Of a stretch of 64,000 nucleotides of DNA, positions 36,538 through 47,081 are shown one piece after another; positions within the stretch are counted from its first letter, which is position 1, and every line of letters begins with the position of its first letter. The notes under the pieces were generated by a model, which saw nothing but the letters and a program-made list of their open reading frames with translations, ran no database searches and had not been told where the DNA came from. Both the position numbers and the translations under genes were made by a program. Source of the DNA: a virus; the IMG/VR virus record IMGVR_UViG_3300026488_000001, positions 24,756-88,755 of that record; one strand, 5' to 3'.

Positions 36538-37647
36538 ATGATAAGACTTGAAAAACAGCAGTTTCTAAAGTTTGAATTAAAGGGTAATGATTTTATTGAT
36601 ACAGAAAACTTTATTAAGTTTGTAGTAATAGAAGAAGCAGGAAATTACTTACCCTCTTTTGAACTTGAATTCCTTACTCAAGATTTAGAGCTTCTAAAAG
36701 AATTCAAAGAAACTACTCCGATTAACCTTACTTTTGGATTTGATATTTCGGAATCTCTCCAATCTCAATTCTTAATATTGGAAAAAGAATATTCAAAAGT
36801 TGGTAATGCTTACAAAGTAAATGTTAAAGGAATATACAATTGTCCGAGTTACCTTTATCAATCAAGAATTAACTATTATGAAGATACTTCGATTAATGTT
36901 ATAAAACAAGTTGTTTCAACTTCATTCAAAGAATCAGAATTTTCAACTCTTTCTTCAAAGGATAAGCAAGTATGGATTCAATACAATATTCCAGATAGAA
37001 AGTTTATAACTGAGGTTTGGTTACACTCTTACTTATCAGAAGACAATTTCCTATTAATAGGAATTACATCTTTTGGAAAGTTTAAATGTTTATCGTTTAA
37101 GGAGATTATTCAGAAACAACCTTGGAAAGCTTATGGAATTAACAAAACAAATCTATCAGAAAGAGAATTCATTTTTGATAGTGATATAAGAATAGAATCT
37201 AAAACAGGATTCATAAACAAACTTATAACCAATAGGGAAATAGTTACTTATGATAAACTTCAAAACTCTTATTCAAATGAAACATTACAGTTTCAACCTT
37301 TACTCGGTTTAACGACTGATATTGATTCTTCAACTCAACCCAAGTTTCAATCTTATAACCAAGTAGATACTGATAATGTTCATCCTAATTTCCCAAAAGC
37401 ATATGAAAGGAACTTGGCTAATCTTCTATTACTAAGCAGAACTCAAATTGAATTATCTTATACAGCAACTTTTTATCCTCATGAAGTATTAGATCCTGTG
37501 TATGTAATTGATAGTCATCCTAAAACTAAAGGTTTTGAAGATTTGTATGCTGGACTATACATAGTAAGCAAGGTTGTAAGGATTTTTGCTAACAAGTCAA
37601 TGAGAACAACTTTAACTTTAGTTAGAGATACTTTAAACCTTGACTAA
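36538..37647 (+). CDS. baseplate hub protein (gp27-like)
   Basis: Position before the spike; C-terminal GLYIVSKV...TTLTL. Confidence 0.65.
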   Translation: MIRLEKQQFLKFELKGNDFIDTENFIKFVVIEEAGNYLPSFELEFLTQDLELLKEFKETTPINLTFGFDISESLQSQFLILEKEYSKVGNAYKVNVKGIYNCPSYLYQSRINYYEDTSINVIKQVVSTSFKESEFSTLSSKDKQVWIQYNIPDRKFITEVWLHSYLSEDNFLLIGITSFGKFKCLSFKEIIQKQPWKAYGINKTNLSEREFIFDSDIRIESKTGFINKLITNREIVTYDKLQNSYSNETLQFQPLLGLTTDIDSSTQPKFQSYNQVDTDNVHPNFPKAYERNLANLLLLSRTQIELSYTATFYPHEVLDPVYVIDSHPKTKGFEDLYAGLYIVSKVVRIFANKSMRTTLTLVRDTLNLD

Positions 37648-37760
37648 AACAATCTCTCTCGTAAACATATTTGGCCATTATCAGACTTTCTACCCAATCT
37701 AAAGGGGTTATACTTAATTCAATCAAAACTCTCTTAAATCGGAAATATATTAACGGATAG
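37646..37760. repeat. intergenic repeat A, copy 1
   Basis: Shares AAAACAATCTCT, AACATATTTGGCCATTATC, AATCTAAAGGG and AAATATATTAAC with 39187-39300. Confidence 0.8.
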
Positions 37761-37770
37761 GAAAGCAGAT

Positions 37771-38379
37771 ATGCTAATTAAACTCTACGATATTCTGCAA
37801 AAGAATGATTTACTCAGTAGGTTATGGATTGGTAAAGTTGTAAACAACAATGATCCAAAGAAACTTGGTAGAATCAAAGTTCAAATTCCACCACTCTTTC
37901 AAGGAATACCTACTGACAAACTTCCTTGGATTTCTCCAGTTAGACCTATTCTATTAGGAGGTAAATCTGATACTTCAAGTTTTAGTATTCCAGAACTAAA
38001 CTCTTATGTAATAGTTAAGTTTGAAAAATCAATCTACAATGCTTATTACTTGGGAGAAATTCAATCTTTAGATACTCATCAATCTTTATTCAATGAAAAC
38101 TACCCTTTCACTTATGGTTTTCTTGATTCAACAGGAACTTATCTTAAAATCAATAAGCAAACTAAAGTTACTGAATTTTATCACACTTCAGGAACTAAGA
38201 TTACAATAGATGCTCAAGGTAATGTTACCATCAATATTCCATCTAACCAAACTATAACAGTAGGTAAAGATTCAAATATTACTATTCAAGGTAACTGTAA
38301 TATATCTGTATCTGGTAATACTAATATTTCATCAGGAGGAGATATAACAATATCAGGTAGTTCCATTAACCTTAATTAA
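37771..38379 (+). CDS. baseplate central spike (gp5/gpV OB-fold plus beta-helix)
   Basis: GKVVNNNDPKKLGRIKV, LPW, HTSGT, beta-helix repeats. Confidence 0.9.
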   Translation: MLIKLYDILQKNDLLSRLWIGKVVNNNDPKKLGRIKVQIPPLFQGIPTDKLPWISPVRPILLGGKSDTSSFSIPELNSYVIVKFEKSIYNAYYLGEIQSLDTHQSLFNENYPFTYGFLDSTGTYLKINKQTKVTEFYHTSGTKITIDAQGNVTINIPSNQTITVGKDSNITIQGNCNISVSGNTNISSGGDITISGSSINLN

Positions 38380-38448
38380 CTTCTATTTTCAGTAGGTTTT
38401 ACTTGATTTACAATACTTATTAGAGTTTCATAAAACTCAGAGGAATAT
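38380..38448. repeat. intergenic repeat B, copy 1
   Basis: ATTTTCAGTAGGTTTTA...TTACAATA.TTATTAGA shared with 38740-38818. Confidence 0.75.
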
Positions 38449-38739
38449 ATGAAAATAGCAAGAGTAGATGATATATTTGAAGGTTACTGTAAGATATGTG
38501 ATACTAACGTAACAGGAAGAATAATAACAGGTTCTGATAATGTATTTGTTAATTCAAAAAGAGTAGCAAGAATAGATGATATAGTTCAAGCTACTTGTGG
38601 TCATATAGGAAGAATAATAACAGGTTCTAACTCTGTTAAGGTTAATGGTAGATATATAGCAATAAAAGGTTCTCAAGTAGATGGTGATATAGCTGGTTAT
38701 ATAGTAACAGGTTCTGATAATGTTTTCACTAATAGTTAA
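38449..38739 (+). CDS. PAAR-like spike tip protein
   Basis: ARVDD/ARIDD, three ITGS..V repeats, CGH. Confidence 0.85.
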   Translation: MKIARVDDIFEGYCKICDTNVTGRIITGSDNVFVNSKRVARIDDIVQATCGHIGRIITGSNSVKVNGRYIAIKGSQVDGDIAGYIVTGSDNVFTNS

Positions 38740-38818
38740 CTCTCTCCATTTTCAGTAGGTTTTATAAGTATTACAATATTTATTAGAAGTTTATGAAATA
38801 TTAATAGAGAGAAGAGAA
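38740..38818. repeat. intergenic repeat B, copy 2
   Basis: Shares the blocks listed for copy 1 (38380-38448). Confidence 0.75.
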
Positions 38819-39184
38819 ATGGAAAAGGTTATATACAAGGATTTAAACAATAAAGCTAATCCTAATAATCCAACTTTAACTAATGAATATGCTGTATTTC
38901 AAGCATTAGATAATCTTCTCCTTACTAACATAGGAGAAAGACTGTTCTTACCAGAGTTTGGTTGTAAGTTAGAAGAGTTATTATTTCAACCAATAGATGA
39001 AATAACAGCTTTTGAGATTAAACATTACATTATAGAAGCTGTAAGGAGATGGGAACAAAGGGTAGAGTTAATATCTACTGAAGTAATTCCTAAACCAGAT
39101 GATAATGCTTACGAGATAAGATTGATATTTAAGATAGTTGGATTGGAAGGTGAATATAAGTGGGAAAGGATAATACAAAGGTAA
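38819..39184 (+). CDS. baseplate wedge gp25-like protein
   Basis: LLTNIGERLFLPEFG...LLF...RWEQRV. Confidence 0.92.
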   Translation: MEKVIYKDLNNKANPNNPTLTNEYAVFQALDNLLLTNIGERLFLPEFGCKLEELLFQPIDEITAFEIKHYIIEAVRRWEQRVELISTEVIPKPDDNAYEIRLIFKIVGLEGEYKWERIIQR

Positions 39185-39186
39185 CC

Positions 39187-39300
39187 AAAACAATCTCTGA
39201 GATTAACATATTTGGCCATTATCGGATTTTCTATCTAATCTAAAGGGTTTGTATTAGAGAATGGTTTTCTTCCCATATTCGCCAAATATATTAACGATAG
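39187..39300. repeat. intergenic repeat A, copy 2
   Basis: Shares blocks with copy 1; internal inverted repeat TTAACATATTTGGC...GCCAAATATATTAA. Confidence 0.8.
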
Positions 39301-39311
39301 AGGGATGAGGT

Positions 39312-40622
39312 ATGATTAACCCAACTTCCGTTTCATATGAGGAAATTAAACAAGATTTACAAGACTACATTAATCAACTTTCTCAAACTGACTCATCTTG
39401 GAAAGACTTTTTTGAAACTTCTTCAGGACAAATCTTGATTGAATTGTTAGCAGGTTTTGGAGCTTTCCTTTTACACAAAACATATATAGCAAGAAGGGAA
39501 GCATATCTACATCAAGCCAAACTTCTCTCATCAGTAACTTCAATTGCAGAAGGTTTGTCTTATCCGGTTTATAAAGGAATTCCTCCTAAATTAGTTATAA
39601 CAGTAACACCATCGGAAACTATTTCTTTTCCTAAATATTCAGTAATAGGTAATTTGGGAGATTATGACATTCTTTTAGGAGAAGACTTAGTTGCTAATGC
39701 AGGAGATACAGTTCAAGTAACAGCTTACATAGGTAAGTATGTAGAGGAAACTAAAAACATTCAAGTATCGTCTGACACAAGGAAATACATTTTTGTTAGG
39801 TTTACTCAACCTGTTTCAGAAGTATTTGACTTTGTAGTCAATGATACTCAAATCGAGTTTTCAACTAAAATTAAAGATTTAAGAGAGAAATGGGTATTGT
39901 TAACAAACTCTGAATTTAGCATTGATGCATTCAACCTTAATCTAAACGGAACTTATACATCATCTGATACAGTAACAATTAAAGGAATTTACTTTGACTA
40001 CAAATCAATAGATTTTTCAAAAGCTAAACTTTATTATGACTATATGCGTATAACTGAAACTTTCAAAGCAACACCAAGAGATTCTGTTTCTACAATTCAA
40101 ACAGTAGCTCCTTATTATGCTGATACTTCATTAATAGTGAGGGCAAGAGAAGATTATAAAAAACTCTTTTTAATCAAGTTCCCATACTTGAGAGATGTGG
40201 TAACTCACGATGACGAAACCAATCCTGGTATTGTTTATGTAACTTACTTAAAACAAGATTTATCTTTACTGACTGATTCAGAAAAAGATGAATTCCTTAA
40301 TTATGTAGATGAATTAAGACCTATGGGAATTCCTCTACCTGAAATAGTTGATCCTTCAGAAATTCAAGTAAATCTTACTTTTAACATAAAACTTTCTTAT
40401 CCTGTTTCTGATACATTGGTAAGAGAAGCAATAGAAAACTGTATTGAAACTTACTCAAAGTATTTAGGGAAAGACCTGAATCTTTACGATATGGAAAACT
40501 ATCTTGAATCAAGGTATGACTTCATAAAAATAGCAAGAGTAACAAATAATGATGCAGGAACTTATACAGTAGATTGGAATAACTACATAAAAGTAGTTAA
40601 TTACACTTTAAACTACATCTAG
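39312..40622 (+). CDS. baseplate wedge gp6/J-like protein
   Basis: WKDF..SSG..LIELLA...EAYL..A; VRAREDY. Confidence 0.85.
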   Translation: MINPTSVSYEEIKQDLQDYINQLSQTDSSWKDFFETSSGQILIELLAGFGAFLLHKTYIARREAYLHQAKLLSSVTSIAEGLSYPVYKGIPPKLVITVTPSETISFPKYSVIGNLGDYDILLGEDLVANAGDTVQVTAYIGKYVEETKNIQVSSDTRKYIFVRFTQPVSEVFDFVVNDTQIEFSTKIKDLREKWVLLTNSEFSIDAFNLNLNGTYTSSDTVTIKGIYFDYKSIDFSKAKLYYDYMRITETFKATPRDSVSTIQTVAPYYADTSLIVRAREDYKKLFLIKFPYLRDVVTHDDETNPGIVYVTYLKQDLSLLTDSEKDEFLNYVDELRPMGIPLPEIVDPSEIQVNLTFNIKLSYPVSDTLVREAIENCIETYSKYLGKDLNLYDMENYLESRYDFIKIARVTNNDAGTYTVDWNNYIKVVNYTLNYI

Positions 40623-40632
40623 GGATTGAACA

Positions 40633-41262
40633 ATGATTAGTTCAAAAAAGTTTTTGCCTGAAAATTTACAAGACCAAGAGCTTTTTCAAAAATTTACTAC
40701 TTTACTTGATCAGGTAATACAAAAAGAAGACGAACTAATAAAACCACTTTTAAACAAACTTGATCCTGAAATAAGTAAAGAAGACATAGAAGATATATAC
40801 AAGGAATTCGGATTTGATTACATTACTGATTTGTTATCGGTAGAAGAAACATCTGAAATCCTGGCAATTTACTTCTCTTTAATAAGAGCTTATAAAGGAA
40901 AAAGATCAGGACTTGAGCTTTTCTTTCAACTATTAGGGTGGAAGTATGAAATAAAAGAGTGGTGGGAATACGATCCTCCTAAAACTCCTTATACAGCAAA
41001 TATTAATGTAGTTTTTAATATTGGTGATTTGAATTACAATCCTGATAGAACTCCAGTAGGAAAACTTCTTTACTTTATAAGAAACTATGTTTATCCTTTA
41101 GTTCACTTCACCATAACATTCTTACTTCAACCGCTAAACTATGGAATAGCATCAGCAGGAACTACAAATAGAAGATTTGAAGCTCTGAGAATAGATCAAC
41201 TTGCATTAATCTTGAATGCAAGTTCTTCAAAAGTAACTTATTTGTCTGTTTTGGAGGGATAA
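40633..41262 (+). CDS. baseplate wedge gp7/tail-I-like protein
   Basis: YKGKRSGLE...IKEWWEY. Confidence 0.7.
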   Translation: MISSKKFLPENLQDQELFQKFTTLLDQVIQKEDELIKPLLNKLDPEISKEDIEDIYKEFGFDYITDLLSVEETSEILAIYFSLIRAYKGKRSGLELFFQLLGWKYEIKEWWEYDPPKTPYTANINVVFNIGDLNYNPDRTPVGKLLYFIRNYVYPLVHFTITFLLQPLNYGIASAGTTNRRFEALRIDQLALILNASSSKVTYLSVLEG

Positions 41263-42966
41263 ATGGCTATTACAGGAATTATAACTAATGAAGGTTTATC
41301 TAAAGCCATACAGGCTTCTGGTAATCAAGGTTGGTATATAAAGTTAGGAAAGTTTTATGTTTCTGATGTTTTAGGTGAGTTGGATACTAACAGAACTATA
41401 TCTGATATGAATCCAACTTGGTATTCTGCTGAAATATCAGCAATTGATGTTTTGTCTCCCCAAGTTCTTCAACTTCACTTAACTATACCTGTTAATGTTA
41501 CTACCGAAGTAAAAAACATTGCTGAGATTTACATTACTGCTTTTAATCCTGATACATCTGAGGAATTTCTCTTTTCTATTCAGCAAGCTAATCCTCAAAT
41601 TCAATATGATCCATCCGGTTCAATATCAATACTTACTCAGATTAAAATTCAGAACTTAGACTTAACAGATGTATTTGAATTTACCTTTACTTATGCTCAA
41701 GATATAGAGGATCATAACTCTGATCCAAATGCCCATCCTCATATAAGGAATGCTCTAAAGAAAGCAGGTATATTCATTAATAACTCTGAAGATTATTCAA
41801 GTTTTACTTATGTAGGTCAGTTTTGGGATGAAAAAGCTGTATTTGATTCATCTGTAACTGACGGAATGTTAGTTTATAGAGGAACAGACGGTAAGTATTA
41901 TCCAGCTATTGCTGATGGAACAGAAAAGTCAAAAGTAGTAGGATATGCTGATGTAACAAACGGAAAAGTTATTGTATCTGGTTTAATTCAAACTTCATTG
42001 ACTTATAATGCAGGAACTGATCTTTATCTTTCTGATTCCAATCTCGGCCAGTTTACGAATAGTCCTACTCCTGTAAAAGTAGGTCTTTCACTTGGAAACG
42101 GTTTAATTCTACTTGGAACTGTTGGAGGTTCAGGGCAAGGAGGAAAAGGAGATGTAACTTTTGAAGATTTAGAGTATTATTCTCTCCTCTTAGATTCACC
42201 TTTTCAAGATATGTACTATGATAAGTTAACCGAAGATTCTCTTAATGTGGTTAGTGGTAATGCCAGTTATGATAAGTATAATGATAAATATATTGTTCAA
42301 TCAGGAACAACATTAGAAACTGATAACTTATTAAATCTTGATGAAAATGATTATAGGTTTTTAGTTCATATTGATTCAACCGAAACTCCAAGCAATGTAG
42401 AATATTCAATAGATGACGGTGTAACTTGGAATACTTGTGAACCTGATAAAATTGTTACCGTATCAACAGGATTTAAGAGAATCAAATTTAGATTTATTTT
42501 TGACAAGGATTGTGAATTAAATAGCTATGGTGTTCTCTATCATTATGGAATACCTGAAGATGCATATTCTTCTGATACAAGAATGTTTGAGATTCTAAAT
42601 GTAGATGAAGATAAACCTGAAAATACTGTTATTACTTTACCTAATGGAGCTACTTACACTCCTGATGGAAAATCTCTTGAAGTTTACCTTAACCGCGCGC
42701 GATTAATTCCTAATATCGATTATGAAGAAGTGGATAATAGAAAAGTTAAATTTAAACTTCCTTTACATAAAGATGATACAATTGTCTTTACTGAAAAATT
42801 TGGTTATGTTGATGTTTCAGAAGAAAACCACACCAAACTTCAACACCTAACACCAAGTTGGACCGATAATTATGCTGATTATATTGTATTAAGGGATCAA
42901 TCAACAGGTAAACTTTACAAGATATACATTGATAATGATAACTTGAAATTTGAACCTTTAGAATAA
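41263..42966 (+). CDS. proximal tail fibre/baseplate anchor protein
   Basis: IITNEG N-terminus and H..DPNAH motif typical of fibre anchors. Confidence 0.7.
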   Translation: MAITGIITNEGLSKAIQASGNQGWYIKLGKFYVSDVLGELDTNRTISDMNPTWYSAEISAIDVLSPQVLQLHLTIPVNVTTEVKNIAEIYITAFNPDTSEEFLFSIQQANPQIQYDPSGSISILTQIKIQNLDLTDVFEFTFTYAQDIEDHNSDPNAHPHIRNALKKAGIFINNSEDYSSFTYVGQFWDEKAVFDSSVTDGMLVYRGTDGKYYPAIADGTEKSKVVGYADVTNGKVIVSGLIQTSLTYNAGTDLYLSDSNLGQFTNSPTPVKVGLSLGNGLILLGTVGGSGQGGKGDVTFEDLEYYSLLLDSPFQDMYYDKLTEDSLNVVSGNASYDKYNDKYIVQSGTTLETDNLLNLDENDYRFLVHIDSTETPSNVEYSIDDGVTWNTCEPDKIVTVSTGFKRIKFRFIFDKDCELNSYGVLYHYGIPEDAYSSDTRMFEILNVDEDKPENTVITLPNGATYTPDGKSLEVYLNRARLIPNIDYEEVDNRKVKFKLPLHKDDTIVFTEKFGYVDVSEENHTKLQHLTPSWTDNYADYIVLRDQSTGKLYKIYIDNDNLKFEPLE

Positions 42967-42977
42967 GGAGTTAGAAG

Positions 42978-43448
42978 ATGAGCACAGTTGCAAAGAATGA
43001 TTTAACAAATGTAGATAAACATACAATTTATGATAAGATTCAGGACTTGTTAGATTTTGCAAAAGTGGATCTAAGTAATGTTAATGATTCTGATATTCTT
43101 AACAAACTTAAAAATGTTGATGGTGAGGGAAGTGGACTCGATGCCGACCTGTTGAGAGGATTGCCCGCTGATTTTAGTTGTGATTTAAGTGAAAATGGTT
43201 ATACGAGGCTGCCTAATGGGTTGATTATTCAATGGGGATATTATAGTAGCGATTCTAGTGGAACATTTATTGTAACGTTACCTATCGCATTTCCAAACGA
43301 ATGTTTATTTGTCTTAGGTTACTCTGGAACAGCACTTCCAGATACAGAAGATACATATTCTGGGTCTGCAAGTAAATACAGTAACAGCCAGATAAAGGTT
43401 ACTGTTGATGACGGTTATCCCACAGCATGGTTAGCAATAGGTTATTAG
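42978..43448 (+). CDS. short tail fibre tip protein
   Basis: DGEGSGLDADLL, NGYTRLPNGLIIQWG, terminal WLAIGY. Confidence 0.8.
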   Translation: MSTVAKNDLTNVDKHTIYDKIQDLLDFAKVDLSNVNDSDILNKLKNVDGEGSGLDADLLRGLPADFSCDLSENGYTRLPNGLIIQWGYYSSDSSGTFIVTLPIAFPNECLFVLGYSGTALPDTEDTYSGSASKYSNSQIKVTVDDGYPTAWLAIGY

Positions 43449-43458
43449 GGAGGCAAAA

Positions 43459-44160
43459 ATGAAATACGCAATTTTCGACGAAAAAGGCTTACCGAAAGGT
43501 TTTTATTCTCCCGATATTCACTCAAATATACCTGAGAACGCAGTTGAAATAACCGATGAACAATGGAGAGAATTTATAAACAATCAAGGCAAAAGAGCTT
43601 GGGATTTTAAAACTAAACAGGTTATTGATATAACTGATAAAGTTTGGGACGATGAAAACAAACAATGGCGTGATAAAACGGAACAAGAAATTATAGCTGA
43701 AAAGAAAAACATCCTCCTTAACCAACTTAATAGTAACACAACTTCATATATTCTCCAACATTACCCTGATATTAAACAAAAGTCTGATTTAGCTGATAAG
43801 GAATTCTATACAACATTACTCATCAACAAACTATCATTAACTGCAAATGAAATTGCGAACAGAGTTTATAATGCATCTGCCAACATTCTATCAGGAATTT
43901 CAACCTTGCAAGATGAAGTAGAAAAGTTATCAAAAGATAAAGATGGCAATGAAATTACCTTTGATTGGAATGGTCAAACTGTATCAACAAAACTACCTTG
44001 GGAACAACTCATAAAAGTTGGAGTAAGAACAGGTTGGGTTCAATTAGTTAAACAAAAGTATTATGAGATTAAGAGACAAATTGAAGATATGTCAAGCTTA
44101 AAGGAATTAGAGAAATTTAACTTGGGTGATATTGAATTCCCTGAATTTCCAAAATTTTAA
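43459..44160 (+). CDS. tail fibre assembly chaperone-like protein
   Basis: GFY...IPENAVEITDEQW; C-terminal half paralogous to 51858..52271. Confidence 0.7.
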   Translation: MKYAIFDEKGLPKGFYSPDIHSNIPENAVEITDEQWREFINNQGKRAWDFKTKQVIDITDKVWDDENKQWRDKTEQEIIAEKKNILLNQLNSNTTSYILQHYPDIKQKSDLADKEFYTTLLINKLSLTANEIANRVYNASANILSGISTLQDEVEKLSKDKDGNEITFDWNGQTVSTKLPWEQLIKVGVRTGWVQLVKQKYYEIKRQIEDMSSLKELEKFNLGDIEFPEFPKF

Positions 44161-44185
44161 TATTTTGACTTTGAGGGAGTAAAAG

Positions 44186-45277
44186 ATGAATAAGTTAGAT
44201 AGTAGGTTTATAGTTACCCCTAACCAATTTAAAAATAGAATTATAAACGGTGATTTTCAAATATGGCAGAGAGGTACTTCTTTTAGTTTTGAAAGTAGTA
44301 GTTCTGATAATACTGCAACTATTGGATATACTGCTGATAGGATTGAGAGTTTTAATGTATCAGCTGGGGGTAGATTTACTGTTACTAAAGGTAATTTAGG
44401 TGGATTTAATTCATTTAAAGTTACTGTAGATACTCCTCCTGATAACTTATCATCAGATGGTGGTGTTACTAGATATTGGGTTCCTTTTATATATACATTT
44501 GAAGGCCAGCACTTATATGATTTAGCAAGTAATAAGAAAGTTGTTACTATAAGTTTTTTATTTAAATCTAATGTGTCAGGGAATTTTAGTGTATCATTAA
44601 GAAATTTAAGTTATTATGGTCAAACTGGAAGTTGGGATACCACAAAGAATGATTACTATGTTACATACTTTACCTATGACGGCTCAGAAACTCCTAAAAA
44701 AGTGATTATAACAATTCCATTAAATTATAATTGGACTTATGGTATTTTTAATGATGAAAAAGCTGGCTTCGATTTAACTATTGCACCAATAGGCGATTAT
44801 GCTAAAACATCTACAATAAATACTTGGTTTACTGGTTCTACTCACGATACTTATATTTATGAAAATTATACAAATTGGGCATCGCAAGCTGGTAATTATA
44901 TTGAAATTACCCAACTTCAACTTGAAGAAGGTTCAGAAGCAACTGACTTTGAGTATGTTCCATATGATATTCAGCTATTAAGGTGTATGAGGTATTATGA
45001 AAAAATAAAATGCGAGAATTCTATTGCTGTTAGTGGTGAAGTAAATAATCAATGGCAAACACAAGTGTTTTCTTTTAAAGTTAAAAAAAGAACTATACCA
45101 AGCGTTTCTCTTTTAACAGTTACATTTGATACAAGTAATTCAAAGTTTACATTTGATATTATTGAAGCGACTACTGATGGAGTTTCTTTTCTTACAAATT
45201 CGGGCCCAGATAGCTCATCAAAACCAGTTGACATAATAGAAGGACCTATTATTATCGAAGCAGACGCAGAACTTTAA
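44186..45277 (+). CDS. tail-associated carbohydrate-binding/receptor-binding protein
   Basis: KNRIINGDFQIWQRGTS...QLEEGSEATDFE...RCMRYY...ADAEL. Confidence 0.72.
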   Translation: MNKLDSRFIVTPNQFKNRIINGDFQIWQRGTSFSFESSSSDNTATIGYTADRIESFNVSAGGRFTVTKGNLGGFNSFKVTVDTPPDNLSSDGGVTRYWVPFIYTFEGQHLYDLASNKKVVTISFLFKSNVSGNFSVSLRNLSYYGQTGSWDTTKNDYYVTYFTYDGSETPKKVIITIPLNYNWTYGIFNDEKAGFDLTIAPIGDYAKTSTINTWFTGSTHDTYIYENYTNWASQAGNYIEITQLQLEEGSEATDFEYVPYDIQLLRCMRYYEKIKCENSIAVSGEVNNQWQTQVFSFKVKKRTIPSVSLLTVTFDTSNSKFTFDIIEATTDGVSFLTNSGPDSSSKPVDIIEGPIIIEADAEL

Positions 45278-45316
45278 CTTTCTTGTTACTAAACAATACT
45301 TTTTGGAGGATTAATA

Positions 45317-45925
45317 ATGAACTCTTCCCAAATCCTTTCAGTTAAGGAAGTTAGAGATATAGTTTGTCAATTCAAAACAATTATCCTTGAAGACGGTTCA
45401 ACTAAAAAAGTTTTTGAGAAATTTTCAGACTTGAAAGGTTATAAACTTGTTATAAAACAAGGTAACCAAGAAGTAACCTACTTTGTTCCTATTGATTCTA
45501 CAAATTCTCATTATCAACTAATCCAGCAATGGATAAAAGAAGGTAACACACCTGAACCTGCCTATACCGATGAGGAAATTTTACAAGAAGTTAGAAACAG
45601 AAAGATTAAAGAACTTAAAAGAATTCGCCAGCAAAAAGTTGATAGCATAGTTGTTACCCTTAATTCAGGTGAAGTTCTTGACGGTGATGAGGTTTCCCAA
45701 GATAGAATGAATAGGGCGGTTGCAGGGTTACCTGATGATAAAACCGAATTACCTTGGATTGACCACAACAATAATTTAATCAAATTAACCAAACCTAAAT
45801 TCCTTGAAGCTCTCCAAAAAGCAGGTCAAGCTATGACCGAAATTTATGTTATATATCAAAAGTTAAGAGATAAAGTTAATTCAGCTAGAACACCTGAAGA
45901 AGTTGTTGCAATAGAATGGGAATAA
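45317..45925 (+). CDS. fibre chaperone (DUF4376-like)
   Basis: QWIKEGNTPEPA, DGDEVSQDRM, W...NN, terminal AIEW. Confidence 0.65.
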   Translation: MNSSQILSVKEVRDIVCQFKTIILEDGSTKKVFEKFSDLKGYKLVIKQGNQEVTYFVPIDSTNSHYQLIQQWIKEGNTPEPAYTDEEILQEVRNRKIKELKRIRQQKVDSIVVTLNSGEVLDGDEVSQDRMNRAVAGLPDDKTELPWIDHNNNLIKLTKPKFLEALQKAGQAMTEIYVIYQKLRDKVNSARTPEEVVAIEWE

Positions 45926-45940
45926 TTTTGGAGGGTATAA

Positions 45941-47062
45941 ATGTTCATTAAAAAAGAAGGCAAGAAGCTATCAAAAGTTTACATAAAGAAAGAAGTTGAG
46001 TTAAAAGGTGAAATATGTTGTATGGCAGATTTGATACCTAGACCTGTTTTTGAATCACCTGTTGATGGTTCTTCAGGTTTCAAAGGAGCATTAAAACTAA
46101 AATCCTTTTCTTCCTCTTCATTTCTGGATGCTAAACTTGAGGCTACTGATTGGGAGATATCATCTGACTATGACTTTAAAAATATTATAGCTTCAAGTTA
46201 CAATGATAAAGGTAATTTGTTAACTTTCTCAATACCCAATATTGAACCTAACAAAACATATTTTGCAAGAGCAAGATTTAGATTTTCACATCATCTATCA
46301 GGTTGGTCAAGACCTGTTAGGTTTACAACGGCAAATTCTTTTATTGAAACACCTGTTATTACCTGTCTTAATAATTCTCCTAATGCAGAATTCAAACTTT
46401 CACCTTTTAGAGCTATCGGATTCTCTGATGAATGGGATTATACGGAATGGCAAATAACAGATACTCTAGATGCTTTTACGAGTTCAACATCTACTTCATC
46501 AGGATTTTTCTATGGTTCTGGAGGTTCACCAACTTTTATAAGCGGTACTGTAGGTGAAGGTGAAAACCCTCAATTATTTAAAGTAACTGATGATTTTGTT
46601 TTGTCCCCAAATAAAACTTATTATGTAAGAGCGAAGTATCACGGGAAAAGTGGAGAAGTATCAGAATGGTCTCCGATTTATGTTTTGAAAACAAGACTTT
46701 ATCGTTTAGATGACAATTTACCAAATCAAGTTACAGAAAACTCAATTTTAAGGATAAAAGTAACCCGTGAGGGTGGTAGTGAATTCTGTCCTGATTATTA
46801 TGATTTAAAAGTAGAAGTATCTCAAGGTGATGTTAAGATTCACAATGATATGTCTTTCACTTGGTTTATTCCTGAAGGCGTTAATAAAGTTACCATAAGT
46901 GTATGGGTAAACAACAAAGATACTGGTTTAATAATGTCTGAAAAGTTAACAAAAACTATTACTGTCGTAAACCTTGAAGAGCTTAAAGGCGATACAGCTG
47001 TTAGCGTTTCGAATTTTAAAGATGCTACCGAATACAACGATGGTTGGGATTTAACTGCATAA
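45941..47062 (+). CDS. virion protein with FN3/Ig-like repeats
   Basis: Repeated PNKTY(F/Y).RA...S.WS. Confidence 0.65.
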   Translation: MFIKKEGKKLSKVYIKKEVELKGEICCMADLIPRPVFESPVDGSSGFKGALKLKSFSSSSFLDAKLEATDWEISSDYDFKNIIASSYNDKGNLLTFSIPNIEPNKTYFARARFRFSHHLSGWSRPVRFTTANSFIETPVITCLNNSPNAEFKLSPFRAIGFSDEWDYTEWQITDTLDAFTSSTSTSSGFFYGSGGSPTFISGTVGEGENPQLFKVTDDFVLSPNKTYYVRAKYHGKSGEVSEWSPIYVLKTRLYRLDDNLPNQVTENSILRIKVTREGGSEFCPDYYDLKVEVSQGDVKIHNDMSFTWFIPEGVNKVTISVWVNNKDTGLIMSEKLTKTITVVNLEELKGDTAVSVSNFKDATEYNDGWDLTA

Positions 47063-47081
47063 ACTAAACTGGAGGATTCCT

